DNA from: Acidobacteriota bacterium
GTDB taxonomy: Bacteria > Acidobacteriota > UBA890 > WLXD01
Reading direction: 5' to 3'
Length of the DNA stretch: 64,000 nt
NCBI GenBank assembly: GCA_963666215.2
Contig: CAXWPL010000005.1
Location: forward strand, 512,001 to 576,000
Shown here: piece after piece, positions 1-9,730 of the stretch
Layout of the letters: each line of letters opens with the position of its first letter
Numbering within the stretch: the first letter of the stretch is position 1
Program-made: the position numbers and the translations under genes
Notes under the pieces: model-generated
The model's database searches: none
What the model was told of the DNA's origin: nothing
The model's input: only the letters and a program-made list of their open reading frames with translations

Positions 1-2
1 AC

Positions 3-1736
3 GCTTCGGGTCATCCGCGGCCGGAAGTCGATGCCGTGGGCGGTGGCGAGAGCGACACCACCGCCGGCCGGATGAGCCCAATCAGTCACGGATCGAGCTC
101 GACAATGATCCGCGCGGCGATCGACGCCGAGGACGCCGCCGGCCTCTACTACGCCTCCACAACAGCCATATCTCGCCTGACTCGCCACTATCTGCACGAA
201 GCCGAGTCCGCGCTGGCGCTCCCGGGGGCTGCTCAGGAGCCCCTCGAGCGTGCACGGCGCATCTATCGGGCTCTCGAGCAGGACTTTCTGCGCAACTACG
301 ATCCAGGCGGCAACGCACGACTGGGCCTGAGCTGGCTGACGCTCTCGTCGACGGTCGGCACGGCCGGGGTGGCGGGGACCTCCGCGCGTGGCGCCAATAC
401 CGAAGCTTTCGTAGGGGCTCGTGAAGAGATCTCGCGCTATCTCATCGATAACTACGAGATCTCCGCGGGCCGCGCCGCGCCGCGCCAAACCTTCCTGCCG
501 CTGCCCGAAAGTGCTGTCGCAGCTGAGGCTGACCTCCGCCCCTTGAATTGGCTGCCGCCGGGCGCCGACCTCAACGATCAGGATCCGTTGCCTCGACTGG
601 TACTCAACTTCGAGGAGCGCGGCATTGATGAGAAAGACCTCTTTCTGGTGGCCTACGGCGACATGCTGTTCGACTCGCCCCAGGTGTTTGGCGACCCGGC
701 ACGCGGTCTCGGCCTGACCTGCTCACGGTGCCACAACCGCAGCGACATCAACCGGCGGCTGTTCATCCCGGGTGTGAGCGCCCGACCGGGCGGCCTCGAC
801 ATAGACGGGCACTTCTTCAACCCGCGCTTCAACGATCGCCGCAACGACCCGCTCGACATACCGAGCCTGCGCGGCATCCGCTTTACCGGCCCCTACGGAC
901 GCGACGGACGCGACGGTAGCCTGCGCGACTTCACCCGCAACGTGGTGGTGAACGAGTTCGCCGGCGACGAGCCCACGCCGTTGATGCTCGACGCCCTGGT
1001 GGCTTACATGCAGGAATTCGACTGGCTGCCGGCGCCCTACCTCGAGCCCGACGGAAGGCTCAAGCCCTCGGCTCCAGCCGGCGCCGGGCGCGGCGAAGTG
1101 CTCTTCAACAAGGAATTCGATGGCATGGGCGGGCGCTCCTGCAGCACCTGCCATATCGCCAGCGCCAACTTCGTAGACACCCTTCGCCACGACATCGGCA
1201 GCGGCGATCCGTCGAGCCCGAACGCCCGCGACAGTGCCTTCGAAACCCCGACGCTGCTCGGCGTCGCCCACACCGGCCCGTATTTCCACGACGGCTCGCA
1301 GGAAACGCTTGCCGACGTGGTGAGCTGGTTCAACGAGCACCATTCGCTTGGTCTCAGCGCTCCAGAGCGAAGCGACCTCACGGCCTACATCGAGGCGATC
1401 GGCACCGGCGAAGATCCGTACGAGATCTTCGACGAAGAGAACACTCAGTTCGGGATGTTCTTCGGCGAGCTCACCACCTTCGCCAGCACCCTCAGCACCC
1501 TGCTGCCAGCGCGCGACACGTTCCACGCCGATCTGCTCATCCGCACCGTCGCCGAAGACATGCGGCTCGACGCCAGCGCATTGATTGACAGATCGCAGGC
1601 GCCCCTGGTTTACGAGCTGGCGGACAAGCTCGAGGAAATCGGCACCGCGATCAACGCCGACGATTGGGCCACGGCCGAGTCGCGCTGGATCGAGTACCAA
1701 CAGCTCGAGGCCGAGTACGGGCCTGACTTCAGGTGA
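3..1736 (+). CDS. Di-heme cytochrome c peroxidase/MauG-like protein with helical N- and C-terminal extensions (5' partial)
   Basis: Two CxxCH motifs (CSRCH, CSTCH), IPSLRG and FETPTLLGVAHTGPYFHDGS motifs; frame is open to the window edge. Confidence 0.8.
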   Translation, partial: ASGHPRPEVDAVGGGESDTTAGRMSPISHGSSSTMIRAAIDAEDAAGLYYASTTAISRLTRHYLHEAESALALPGAAQEPLERARRIYRALEQDFLRNYDPGGNARLGLSWLTLSSTVGTAGVAGTSARGANTEAFVGAREEISRYLIDNYEISAGRAAPRQTFLPLPESAVAAEADLRPLNWLPPGADLNDQDPLPRLVLNFEERGIDEKDLFLVAYGDMLFDSPQVFGDPARGLGLTCSRCHNRSDINRRLFIPGVSARPGGLDIDGHFFNPRFNDRRNDPLDIPSLRGIRFTGPYGRDGRDGSLRDFTRNVVVNEFAGDEPTPLMLDALVAYMQEFDWLPAPYLEPDGRLKPSAPAGAGRGEVLFNKEFDGMGGRSCSTCHIASANFVDTLRHDIGSGDPSSPNARDSAFETPTLLGVAHTGPYFHDGSQETLADVVSWFNEHHSLGLSAPERSDLTAYIEAIGTGEDPYEIFDEENTQFGMFFGELTTFASTLSTLLPARDTFHADLLIRTVAEDMRLDASALIDRSQAPLVYELADKLEEIGTAINADDWATAESRWIEYQQLEAEYGPDFR

Positions 1737-1740
1737 TCGC

Positions 1741-2769
1741 ATGAGCCAAGAAACTCAATTGCAGGCGCGCCGACCCACCGCTACATCTCGTCCGAGTCAC
1801 CGTTGGCGTTGCGACGGAGGTGTGAACGACACGAGTCGGCCGAATCGGCAAGCTCCGCGGCGCTCTCGGCTCGGCCTTTTGGTGGCCGCGCTCGTGCTCA
1901 GCTCTTCGGCAATGCCTTCTCGGCCGGCCCTCGCGGCGCTGTGGGGCCCGGCAACGGGTCAGACAGGCGGCGGCCCGGGTGCCCCGCTTGTCCTGGCGTT
2001 TATCCCGCAGGAGAACCCCGAGAAGCTGCTTGGCGACATCGATGCGTTCACCAGCTACCTCGCCGCTGAGCTCGGCCAGCCCGTGCGCGGCTTCGTGACG
2101 CTCGATCACGCCGCCGCCGTCGAGGCGTTGCGCCACGGTGATGCCGACATCTCGTTCATGGGCGCCCTGCCCTACGTGATTGCCCACGAGCTCATTGGCG
2201 CGCGCGTGCTGCTCTCGGAGATCTATCGTGGCCGACCTGTCTACCGCGGTCGCATTTTTGTGCGTCGCGACGGTGGCATCCGCACACTGGCCGACCTACG
2301 CGGCAAAACAATCGCTTTCCCCGACCCGATCTCCGAGTCAGGCTACTTGTACCCGCTCGACCTGTTCGCACGCGCCAACCTGCTCGAGCGCGGCGCCGAT
2401 CCTCAGAGCTTCTTCGGCACGGTCTACTTCGCAGGCGGCTACCAGCAGGCCATCGCCGCGGTGGCCAACGGCTACGTGGACGCGGCGGGCGCGAGTCAGT
2501 TCGCCGACCTGTTGCTAACGCCCGAGCAGCTGCGAGATGTGACGTGGATCGCCGAAACCGACGAGATTCCTTCACACGCCGTCATCGCGCGCGGCGACTT
2601 GCCGGAACCCCGCGCCGCGGCGTTCGTTGCCGCCATGCTGAAGCTCAACGAGCCCGAGTATCAGCACCTGCTGCAGTACGTCTACGGCCCCGACGGCTAT
2701 GTGACGACGACTCACGAAGCCTACGCCGGTGTGGCCGATGTCGCGCGGCTCTACGGACTGCTCGAATAA
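1741..2769 (+). CDS. PhnD/PtxB-fold ABC substrate-binding protein (ligand uncertain)
   Basis: Signal peptide; AVEALRHGDADISFMGALPYV; LADLRGKTIAFPDPISESGYLYP; precedes ATPase and permease. Confidence 0.85.
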   Translation: MSQETQLQARRPTATSRPSHRWRCDGGVNDTSRPNRQAPRRSRLGLLVAALVLSSSAMPSRPALAALWGPATGQTGGGPGAPLVLAFIPQENPEKLLGDIDAFTSYLAAELGQPVRGFVTLDHAAAVEALRHGDADISFMGALPYVIAHELIGARVLLSEIYRGRPVYRGRIFVRRDGGIRTLADLRGKTIAFPDPISESGYLYPLDLFARANLLERGADPQSFFGTVYFAGGYQQAIAAVANGYVDAAGASQFADLLLTPEQLRDVTWIAETDEIPSHAVIARGDLPEPRAAAFVAAMLKLNEPEYQHLLQYVYGPDGYVTTTHEAYAGVADVARLYGLLE

Positions 2770-2776
2770 CAGCCAC

Positions 2777-3592
2777 GTGCCCGCAGCCGCCGAATCCACC
2801 GAGGTGTCGCCGCACGCCCTACAGCTGACGGGTGTCCGCGCGCGCTACGGCGACGGACCCTGGGTGGTCGACGTCGAGCAGCTGACCGTCAATCGCGGCG
2901 AGCGCGTGGCCATCATCGGGCCCAGCGGTTCAGGCAAGACGAGCCTGTTACGGCTCATCAACGGTTATGTTCCGGCGGTAGAAGGGCAACTGCAGATTCT
3001 TGGAAGGACCCCTCGGGATCAGGGTCGCCGCCGCTCTGCGCGCACCGCCGTGGCGTTCATCTTTCAGGAATTCCACCTCGTCGACCGGGCCAGCGTCTTC
3101 GACAACGTGCTGTGGGGTCGCCTCGGGCACGTCCACCCGCTCTCGAGCCTGCTCGGCCGCTTCCCGCTGGCCGACAAGCGGGCCGCCATGGAGGCGATCG
3201 CGGAGGTGGATCTCACTCCTCAGGCAACCCAGCGGGCCGACACACTGAGCGGCGGCCAGAAGCAAAGGGTGGGTGTGGCGCGAGCGCTCGCGCAGGAGCC
3301 ACAGATCCTGCTGGCCGACGAGCCCGTCAGCAATCTCGACCCTGCGCTCGCGGACGACATCCTCGAGCTCCTGGTGCGATCAGCAGAACGACGCAACGCG
3401 ACGCTGCTGCTGACGCTGCATCAACCCGAGCTGGCGCGACGCCATGCCGATCGCATCGTTGGCATGCGCGAAGGCCATGTTGTCCACGACGGCCGCAGCG
3501 GCGACCTGACGGACGCCGACCTGAAGCGCATCTATGGTCGCGAGGGCATTCCGCAGCTCGAACCTCGTGAAAGCTCTGCTCGACGGGCATGA
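2777..3592 (+). CDS. phnC: PhnC-like ABC ATPase
   Basis: Walker A GPSGSGKT, LSGGQKQRV, ILLADEPVSNLDP. Confidence 0.85.
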   Translation: MPAAAESTEVSPHALQLTGVRARYGDGPWVVDVEQLTVNRGERVAIIGPSGSGKTSLLRLINGYVPAVEGQLQILGRTPRDQGRRRSARTAVAFIFQEFHLVDRASVFDNVLWGRLGHVHPLSSLLGRFPLADKRAAMEAIAEVDLTPQATQRADTLSGGQKQRVGVARALAQEPQILLADEPVSNLDPALADDILELLVRSAERRNATLLLTLHQPELARRHADRIVGMREGHVVHDGRSGDLTDADLKRIYGREGIPQLEPRESSARRA

Positions 3593-4392
3593 TGAGCCCG
3601 TCGAGCGACATCGACGCGCGTATTCCGCGCCCCTCGCCGATGCAGAGCTTCGGCCGCGTGGCCGCCATCCTGGGCGTGGTGGCGGCGATTGCCTGGGGAT
3701 GGCACGGCACGAGCTTCGACCCGGCGCGCTTCGTGGCAGGGCTGCCACGGCTGCGCGAGTTCGTGGGACGCATGCTGCCACCCGACGCCGACGTGGCGTC
3801 GACCGTTCTGCGATCAACGGTTGAAACGCTGCAAATAGCTCTGTTCGGCACACTCTTGAGCGCCATCGCGTCGGTGGTCCTGGGCGTGGCGGCAGCACGA
3901 ACGCTGGCGCCGGCGTGGCTGGCAATCCCACTGAAGTGGATGCTCAGCGCGCTGCGCGCGATCCCGATGCTGCTGCTGGCGCTGTTGTTCGTGTCGACGG
4001 TCGGCCTCGGCCCCTTCCCGGGAGTGCTCGCGGTTGCGGTGCATTCCACCGGGATGCTCGGCAAGTTCTACGCCGAGGCTTTCGACGGCGCCCGATCGGG
4101 TCCGTTGGAGGCGCTCGACTCGGCAGGAGCCTCGTGGCTGCAGCGGGTCCGATTCGGCGTGCTGCCGCAGGTGGCGCCCGTACTGGCACGCGACACACTT
4201 TTCCGTTTCGAGCTCAACCTCCGCGAATCACTCGCCCTGGGCCTCGTCGGCGCCGGTGGTATCGGCCTCTACATCCAGATGTACACCCGAGCGTTCCAGT
4301 ACGACAAAGTTGCTACTCTGACGATCGTCGTGCTCCTCATGGTGGTGCTCGTCGAACAGGCCAGCGTCGCGGTCCGGCAGCGTCTCCGCTAG
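3589..4392 (+). CDS. phnE: PhnE-like ABC permease
   Basis: ETLQIA, GMLGKFYAEAF, RFELNLRES..LGLVGAGGIG; overlaps the ATPase stop codon. Confidence 0.85.
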   Translation: MMSPSSDIDARIPRPSPMQSFGRVAAILGVVAAIAWGWHGTSFDPARFVAGLPRLREFVGRMLPPDADVASTVLRSTVETLQIALFGTLLSAIASVVLGVAAARTLAPAWLAIPLKWMLSALRAIPMLLLALLFVSTVGLGPFPGVLAVAVHSTGMLGKFYAEAFDGARSGPLEALDSAGASWLQRVRFGVLPQVAPVLARDTLFRFELNLRESLALGLVGAGGIGLYIQMYTRAFQYDKVATLTIVVLLMVVLVEQASVAVRQRLR

Positions 4393-4419
4393 CTCGCCCC
4401 AAGCTCGGCTCGGAGTGAG

Positions 4420-7400
4420 ATGAAGCTAGCCTCAGGCACAGCCAAGCCGGCACCCAGATCGCTCCTACGGGTCGGGCTGCTCGGCCTCGGGCTGATCTCC
4501 CTTGCGGCGGTTCTTTGGGCCTGGAGCTTCACCCACTCCGGCCTACCGCGACGCCGAGGCGCGGCCGCCATCCCCGGCTTGTCGGCGCCGGTCCGCGTTC
4601 GATTCGACGACTGGGGCGTGCCGCACCTCGACGGCGCGAGCTTCGCCGATTTGGCGCGTGGCATGGGCTACGTCCACGCCAACGATCGATTCTTGCAGCT
4701 CGAGCTCGGCCGGCGACAGGCCGCCGGCCGGCTCGCCGAGGTTCTCGGGGAGCGGGCCGTGGGCGCCGATCGTTACTACCGCGGCCTCGGGCTGACCCGG
4801 ATCGCTCGAGCGCAGGTAGAGGCTGCCGGAGCCGAAACTTCCCGTCTTCTCGACGCCTATGCCGATGGCGTCAACGCCTGGCTCGCTGAGCGGCGCGGCG
4901 ATCTGCCGCCCGACGTGCGGTTGCTGTTGCGCGGCCGAGAGCACTCGCAACCGGACCCCTGGAAGCCGATCGACAGCGTCTATTTCCAGCTGCTCATGGC
5001 ACACGACCTGGGTTTCTGGCAGGGCCGACCCGAGGAAACGCGCTTCGAGTTGCTTGCCAGTCTGGGCAGAGAGCGCTTCGCCGACCTCATGGGAGACAAT
5101 CCGCACGTGCCGCGCGAAATCGCCGACCTCGCAGCCGAGCTCTCCAGCCAGCTCGCAACCCGGGAGGCCGACCGCCTGGCCGGGTTCCGGCCGGACCCCG
5201 TGGCCGCCGCGTTCGCCGCGCGGCGCACCTCGTCAGCCGTCGCCAGCGAACAACGCGTCGCGATCGGCAGCAACAACTGGGCGGTCGACGGCAACCACGC
5301 GGCAAGCGGATTGCCGCTGCTGGCGAGCGACCCCCATCTCGCATTGCGACTGCCGTCGATTTGGTATCAGGCCCTGCTACGGGCGCCCGACTACGAGGCC
5401 GCCGGGATGACGCTGATTGGTTTCCCGTTCGTTGTCATCGGCCGTGGGCCGGATCTCGCCTGGGGCTTCACCAATACCATGCTCGACGATCACGACCTGT
5501 TCTTCGAAGAGGTCGAAAACGGTCGCGTTCGTCGCGGCGACCGCTGGGTCGAGCTCGAGCAGGTCGAGGAGCGGATCCTCGTGCGCGGCGCCGACCCGAT
5601 TGCGATCACCGTCAGCTACGGCGATCGAGGCGTGGTTCTGCCACCCGATGAAGAGAGAGGCTTGCCGGCACGCAGCCTCAGCTGGACGGCCGCGGTACCG
5701 AGCGATCCTTCCACAGCGTTGCTGAATCTGGCTCGCGCACGATCGATCGACGACGTCCGCGAGATCGGTGAGATGGGGGGCGGCCTCGAGGGCTACGCCG
5801 CCCCGGCGCAGAATCTGGTCGCCGCCGATCGGGCGGGCGGCATTCTGCAGACGGTCATCGGACGCGTTCCGCTGCGGCGCCGCGGGGACGGGCGACTGCC
5901 GTCGCCGGGGTGGGACGAGCGCTACGGCTGGTCCGGACTGCGTCCGCAACACGCCAATCCTACGATCGAGCGGCCTGGACGCGGTTTCTTGACCAGCGCC
6001 AACAACGACGTTCGCGGAAGTCCTGGCAACGATACCGGCACGGCAACCACCGCAGATGAAGGTGTTTCTGTCCCGCGCAACGCATCTGGCGGTCCGACGG
6101 TTTCCGACGACGACGACGTCGAGCTCGACGCGGCCTTAGACGTCGCTCTCGTCGGCAACTTCGACACCGACCATCGGGTGCGACGCATCGAAGAGCTCCT
6201 GGCGGCCCGCGGCGATTGGACCCCGACAGGTTTCGCCGAGCTGCAGAGCGACACCCGCTCGCTCTACGCCAGCGAGGTGATCGCCGCGACGCGCGCGCAC
6301 TTCAAGGTGCCTAACGGTGGTGGGGACGCCCAACGGAATTACGCGCCCGAAGATCCGAGAGCGACGCGAGCTCTCGATCTGCTGGCGGCCTGGGACGGCG
6401 ACATGCGCACCGAGGCCGGCCCGGCGGCAGCTCTTTTCGTCCCGTTCGATCAGGAGCTTCACCGAGCGGTCTTCGCCGACGAGGTGCACGAGGCCGCGCG
6501 CAGGTCTGGCTTCAACCGCCGCCGACAGCTCACTCGATTGCTTCGGGGAGACATGACGGACAGCTGGTACGACGACGTCTCGACGACCCAGACAGAGGGC
6601 GCGCGCGACATTTTCGAGCGCGCGCTGGCCGTTGCATGGCAGCGAGCCAGCGAGGCTTGGGGTGAGGACTCGGAACGCTGGAACTACGAGACGATCCACA
6701 CGCTCACGTTGACGCATCCGCTCGGATCGCTGCCCGTCGTCGGCAGCTGGTTGAACCGCGGCCCCATGCCCATCCCCGGATCGGCTACCAGCGTCGCCGC
6801 CTTCGGTGGCGGCTTGAGCGACCGACGGGTAGTCGTGACCGCTGGGCCCTCGATGCGTTGGATCGCCGACCTTTCCGAAGCCGACTCCGGACTCGTCTCC
6901 CTACCCGGCGGTCAATCCGGCCATCCGCTCGACCCGCACTACACCGATCAGCTGCAGCCGTATCTGCAGAACCAGGGACGGCCGCTGCGCTTCACCGAGG
7001 CTGCGATCGCCGCCAACACCGTCAGCACCATGGCGCTGCTACCGACCGTGAGTCGCTCGCTTGGGGCTGGAGGCGGCGAGAGCGGAGACGAGATCGACCT
7101 GCTCCTGGTCAGCGAGCGCGTGGTCGATGGCAGCGGTGCCGCGGCCGGGCCCGCGGCGATCGGATCGTCTACGTCGGGCCGGTGGAGCGCGCGCCGCGGG
7201 CCACCGAAACGCTCGACGTCGGAAGCTCGATCATCGCGCCCGGATTCATCGACACGCACACGCATGCGCTCTCGGCAGCAAACGATCCGCGCCGCTCACT
7301 GGCGGAAAACTACCTGTGCCAGGGTGTCACGACACTCGTGGCAGGCAACGACGGCGGCGGCCCGTTCACAGTGCAGGCCACGTTCGAGGCCATGGAGCGG

Positions 7401-7842
7401 AATGGGCTCGGACCGAACGTCGGCCTTCTCGTTGGCCACGACCCGATACGGCGCGCGGTGGTCGGCGCCGACGACCGGCACGCCACCGACGTCGAAATCG
7501 CACGCATGCGTGAGCTGGTCGAAGACGCGATGCGAGAAGGTGCTCTGGGGTTCTCGACTGGGCTCTTCTATCCCACGGGCTTCTACGCCGAGACCAGCGG
7601 GGTCATCGAGCTGGCTCGGGGCGCGGCTGCACATGGCGGCATCTACGACAGCCACATGCGTGACGAAGGCTCGTTCTCCATCGGAGTGCTGGAAGCGGTT
7701 CGCGAGACTGTGCGAATTGGAGAGGAGGCCGGCCTACCGGTGCACATCGCGCACATCAAGGCCCTGGGCCCCGACAACTGGGGGCTTTCCGAAGAGATCG
7801 TCGCGATCATCGCCGCGGCGCGAGCCCGCGGGCTCCGAGTGA
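4420..7842 (+). CDS. Penicillin acylase family Ntn-hydrolase (domain ends near 7050; remainder is the start of a D-aminoacylase domain, then out-of-frame tail)
   Basis: FDDWGVPH, GYVHANDR, GSNNWAV nucleophile, SDPHL, PGGQSGHP..PHYTDQ. Confidence 0.85.
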   Translation: MKLASGTAKPAPRSLLRVGLLGLGLISLAAVLWAWSFTHSGLPRRRGAAAIPGLSAPVRVRFDDWGVPHLDGASFADLARGMGYVHANDRFLQLELGRRQAAGRLAEVLGERAVGADRYYRGLGLTRIARAQVEAAGAETSRLLDAYADGVNAWLAERRGDLPPDVRLLLRGREHSQPDPWKPIDSVYFQLLMAHDLGFWQGRPEETRFELLASLGRERFADLMGDNPHVPREIADLAAELSSQLATREADRLAGFRPDPVAAAFAARRTSSAVASEQRVAIGSNNWAVDGNHAASGLPLLASDPHLALRLPSIWYQALLRAPDYEAAGMTLIGFPFVVIGRGPDLAWGFTNTMLDDHDLFFEEVENGRVRRGDRWVELEQVEERILVRGADPIAITVSYGDRGVVLPPDEERGLPARSLSWTAAVPSDPSTALLNLARARSIDDVREIGEMGGGLEGYAAPAQNLVAADRAGGILQTVIGRVPLRRRGDGRLPSPGWDERYGWSGLRPQHANPTIERPGRGFLTSANNDVRGSPGNDTGTATTADEGVSVPRNASGGPTVSDDDDVELDAALDVALVGNFDTDHRVRRIEELLAARGDWTPTGFAELQSDTRSLYASEVIAATRAHFKVPNGGGDAQRNYAPEDPRATRALDLLAAWDGDMRTEAGPAAALFVPFDQELHRAVFADEVHEAARRSGFNRRRQLTRLLRGDMTDSWYDDVSTTQTEGARDIFERALAVAWQRASEAWGEDSERWNYETIHTLTLTHPLGSLPVVGSWLNRGPMPIPGSATSVAAFGGGLSDRRVVVTAGPSMRWIADLSEADSGLVSLPGGQSGHPLDPHYTDQLQPYLQNQGRPLRFTEAAIAANTVSTMALLPTVSRSLGAGGGESGDEIDLLLVSERVVDGSGAAAGPAAIGSSTSGRWSARRGPPKRSTSEARSSRPDSSTRTRMRSRQQTIRAAHWRKTTCARVSRHSWQATTAAARSQCRPRSRPWSGMGSDRTSAFSLATTRYGARWSAPTTGTPPTSKSHACVSWSKTRCEKVLWGSRLGSSIPRASTPRPAGSSSWLGARLHMAASTTATCVTKARSPSECWKRFARLCELERRPAYRCTSRTSRPWAPTTGGFPKRSSRSSPRREPAGSE

Positions 7843-8633
7843 CGGCCGATCAGTACCCCTACGCGGCCTCCAGCACGACGATCGCCGGTGCCGTGCTGCC
7901 GCGCTGGGCCCTGGCCGGCGGCGACGAGGCGTTCGCGGAACGCTACGGCTCGGGAAATTCGAATGATCCCGAGACGGCCGCAAGCCGCATGCTGACCGAG
8001 ATCGAGGCCAATATCGCGCTACGCGCCGGGCCGCAGGCATTGCAGTTTTCCAGCGGTCCGGAGTTGCTCGGCCGCGGTGGCAACTCGATTGCCATCGCCG
8101 GTCGGACTCTCGCCGATGTGGCCGCGGCACTCGGCGTCTCACCTGCCGAAGCGTCGGTACGCGTGCAGCTCGGCGGCGGCGCCAGCGTTGTGTCGTTCGA
8201 TATGTCGGACGCCGACGTGAAACGCTTTCGAGGCCTGCGCTGGGTCATGACCTCGTCGGACGGCTCACTCGTTCTTCCCGGTGAGGGTGTTCCCCACCCG
8301 CGCTCCTACGGCAGCTTCGCGCGGGTGATCTCACATTTCGTCCGCGACACCGAGCAGCTGACACTGCCCGAGGCGATTCGCAGCGCCACCAGCCTACCAG
8401 CGGCGACGTTCGGGCTCGGCGATCGCGGGCTGCTGCGTGCAGGAGCCACCGCCGACGTCATCGTGTTCGATGCCCAGGCGATCGACGACCGCGCGACCTT
8501 CGCGGCGCCTCACGCTCATGCGGCAGGCGTCGCGCAGGTCATCGTTAACGGCCGCTTCGTTATTCGCGACGGAGAACTCACCGGCGCGCGCCCAGGTCGA
8601 GGCCTGCGGCGTGGGGAACACAATCCGCGTTGA
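7081..8633 (+). pseudogene. N-acyl-D-amino-acid deacylase (amidohydrolase) domain, frameshifted near 7155
   Basis: DLLLVSERVVDGSG in the acylase frame; RGDRIVYVG, APGFIDTHTH, SHMRDE, HIAHIK, PHPRSYGSF in another frame. Confidence 0.75.
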
Positions 8634-9590
8634 CTAGTTGCCGGCGGCGCCCTTCCCCTTGGCGGTGCTCCCACCGCCGACTCCATTGCGTCCGTTGCCC
8701 CCGTTCCCCGAGCTCCGAAGCGCGCCCGCGATGCGCTCCGTGGCAGCCGCCAAGCCAGCCGGCAGCTGCACGCCGGGAATGGTTGGCATGTCTTTCGGAG
8801 CCAGCGACGGGGCGTACAGAGACAACTGCGCCGGCACACGGCTAACAACGAGCGTACGCGCCGCTCGGTTGAGGCCGGCAAGCTGAGCCCGAGTCGCCAC
8901 GTGCAAGCACACCGCCGACGGCTTGGCCTGCCGAACCGCGGTCACGAGATCCTCCGGCCGAACGTCAGGGCCGAGGTAGAGGACGCCGAGATCGCGCTGA
9001 CGAAGCATCACCGACAGGGCGAGCAAACCCAGGTCGTGCGACTCTCCCTCGGGACAACCAAGCAGCACCTGCGGCTGATGGCCGCCGTGTCCGTTGAGCT
9101 GAGCGAGCTGGGCGCCCACTTCGCAACGAATCACCTCCGCGGCGAATGCGATGTTCGCCGCCGACACCGACGCCTCGCCCCAGCCGGCCGACAGCTGCTC
9201 GAGTGCCGGGAAGGCGATACGCTCCATGGTTGGCGCCCATCCGGTGGAGTACACCGAGTCGCGGAGTATTCGCAGCAGCCACCCCTGATCGAAAGCAAGG
9301 GTCTTCTGCACGAACAGCTCCACCAGCGGATGGGGCCGTGAGCTGGCCTCGTGCAGCTCGGCCTCGCTCGTGCCTTCCATGCGCACTGCATCGGCGGCAT
9401 TGGAGGCCGACACACCCGACAAGATCAGGGCCGCCATCCGCCGAACGACGGCGATGTCGCCATCACTATAGCGACGCTGCCCGGAGTCGGTACGTTCCGG
9501 AGCCGGCACCCCGTAACGGCGCTCCCAGGTGCGCAGTCGACTCTCCGACACGCCGGTAGCTGTGGCTGTTCCCTTGACGGTGTAGTGCAT
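8634..9590 (-). CDS. MerR-family regulator with cobalamin-binding domain (CarH/LitR-like)
   Basis: LRTWERRYGVPAPERTDSGQRRY HTH; CPEGESHDLG (ExHxxG) and YLGPDV B12 Rossmann motifs. Confidence 0.85.
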   Translation of the reverse strand: MHYTVKGTATATGVSESRLRTWERRYGVPAPERTDSGQRRYSDGDIAVVRRMAALILSGVSASNAADAVRMEGTSEAELHEASSRPHPLVELFVQKTLAFDQGWLLRILRDSVYSTGWAPTMERIAFPALEQLSAGWGEASVSAANIAFAAEVIRCEVGAQLAQLNGHGGHQPQVLLGCPEGESHDLGLLALSVMLRQRDLGVLYLGPDVRPEDLVTAVRQAKPSAVCLHVATRAQLAGLNRAARTLVVSRVPAQLSLYAPSLAPKDMPTIPGVQLPAGLAAATERIAGALRSSGNGGNGRNGVGGGSTAKGKGAAGN

Positions 9591-9596
9591 GGCTAC

Positions 9597-9711
9597 GACA
9601 AAGTTATTTCTTTGTCAGAAGTTGTGCAACGGGGGGTATTCTTTTTTGCAGAAAGCTTGTATAAGTACACTCGCAGCTTTGACTAACTATTGAAGCAGAC
9701 TTGACGCAGCC
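9597..9711. promoter_or_regulatory. Divergent promoter/operator: 7-bp palindrome plus 11-bp-phased TTG direct repeats
   Basis: GACAAAG-N6-CTTTGTC at 9597-9616; TTGCA/TTGTA/TTGAC/TTGAA/TTGAC at 9646, 9657, 9679, 9690, 9701; AT-rich. Confidence 0.6.
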
Positions 9712-9730
9712 CGTAACAAGGACGACAGAG

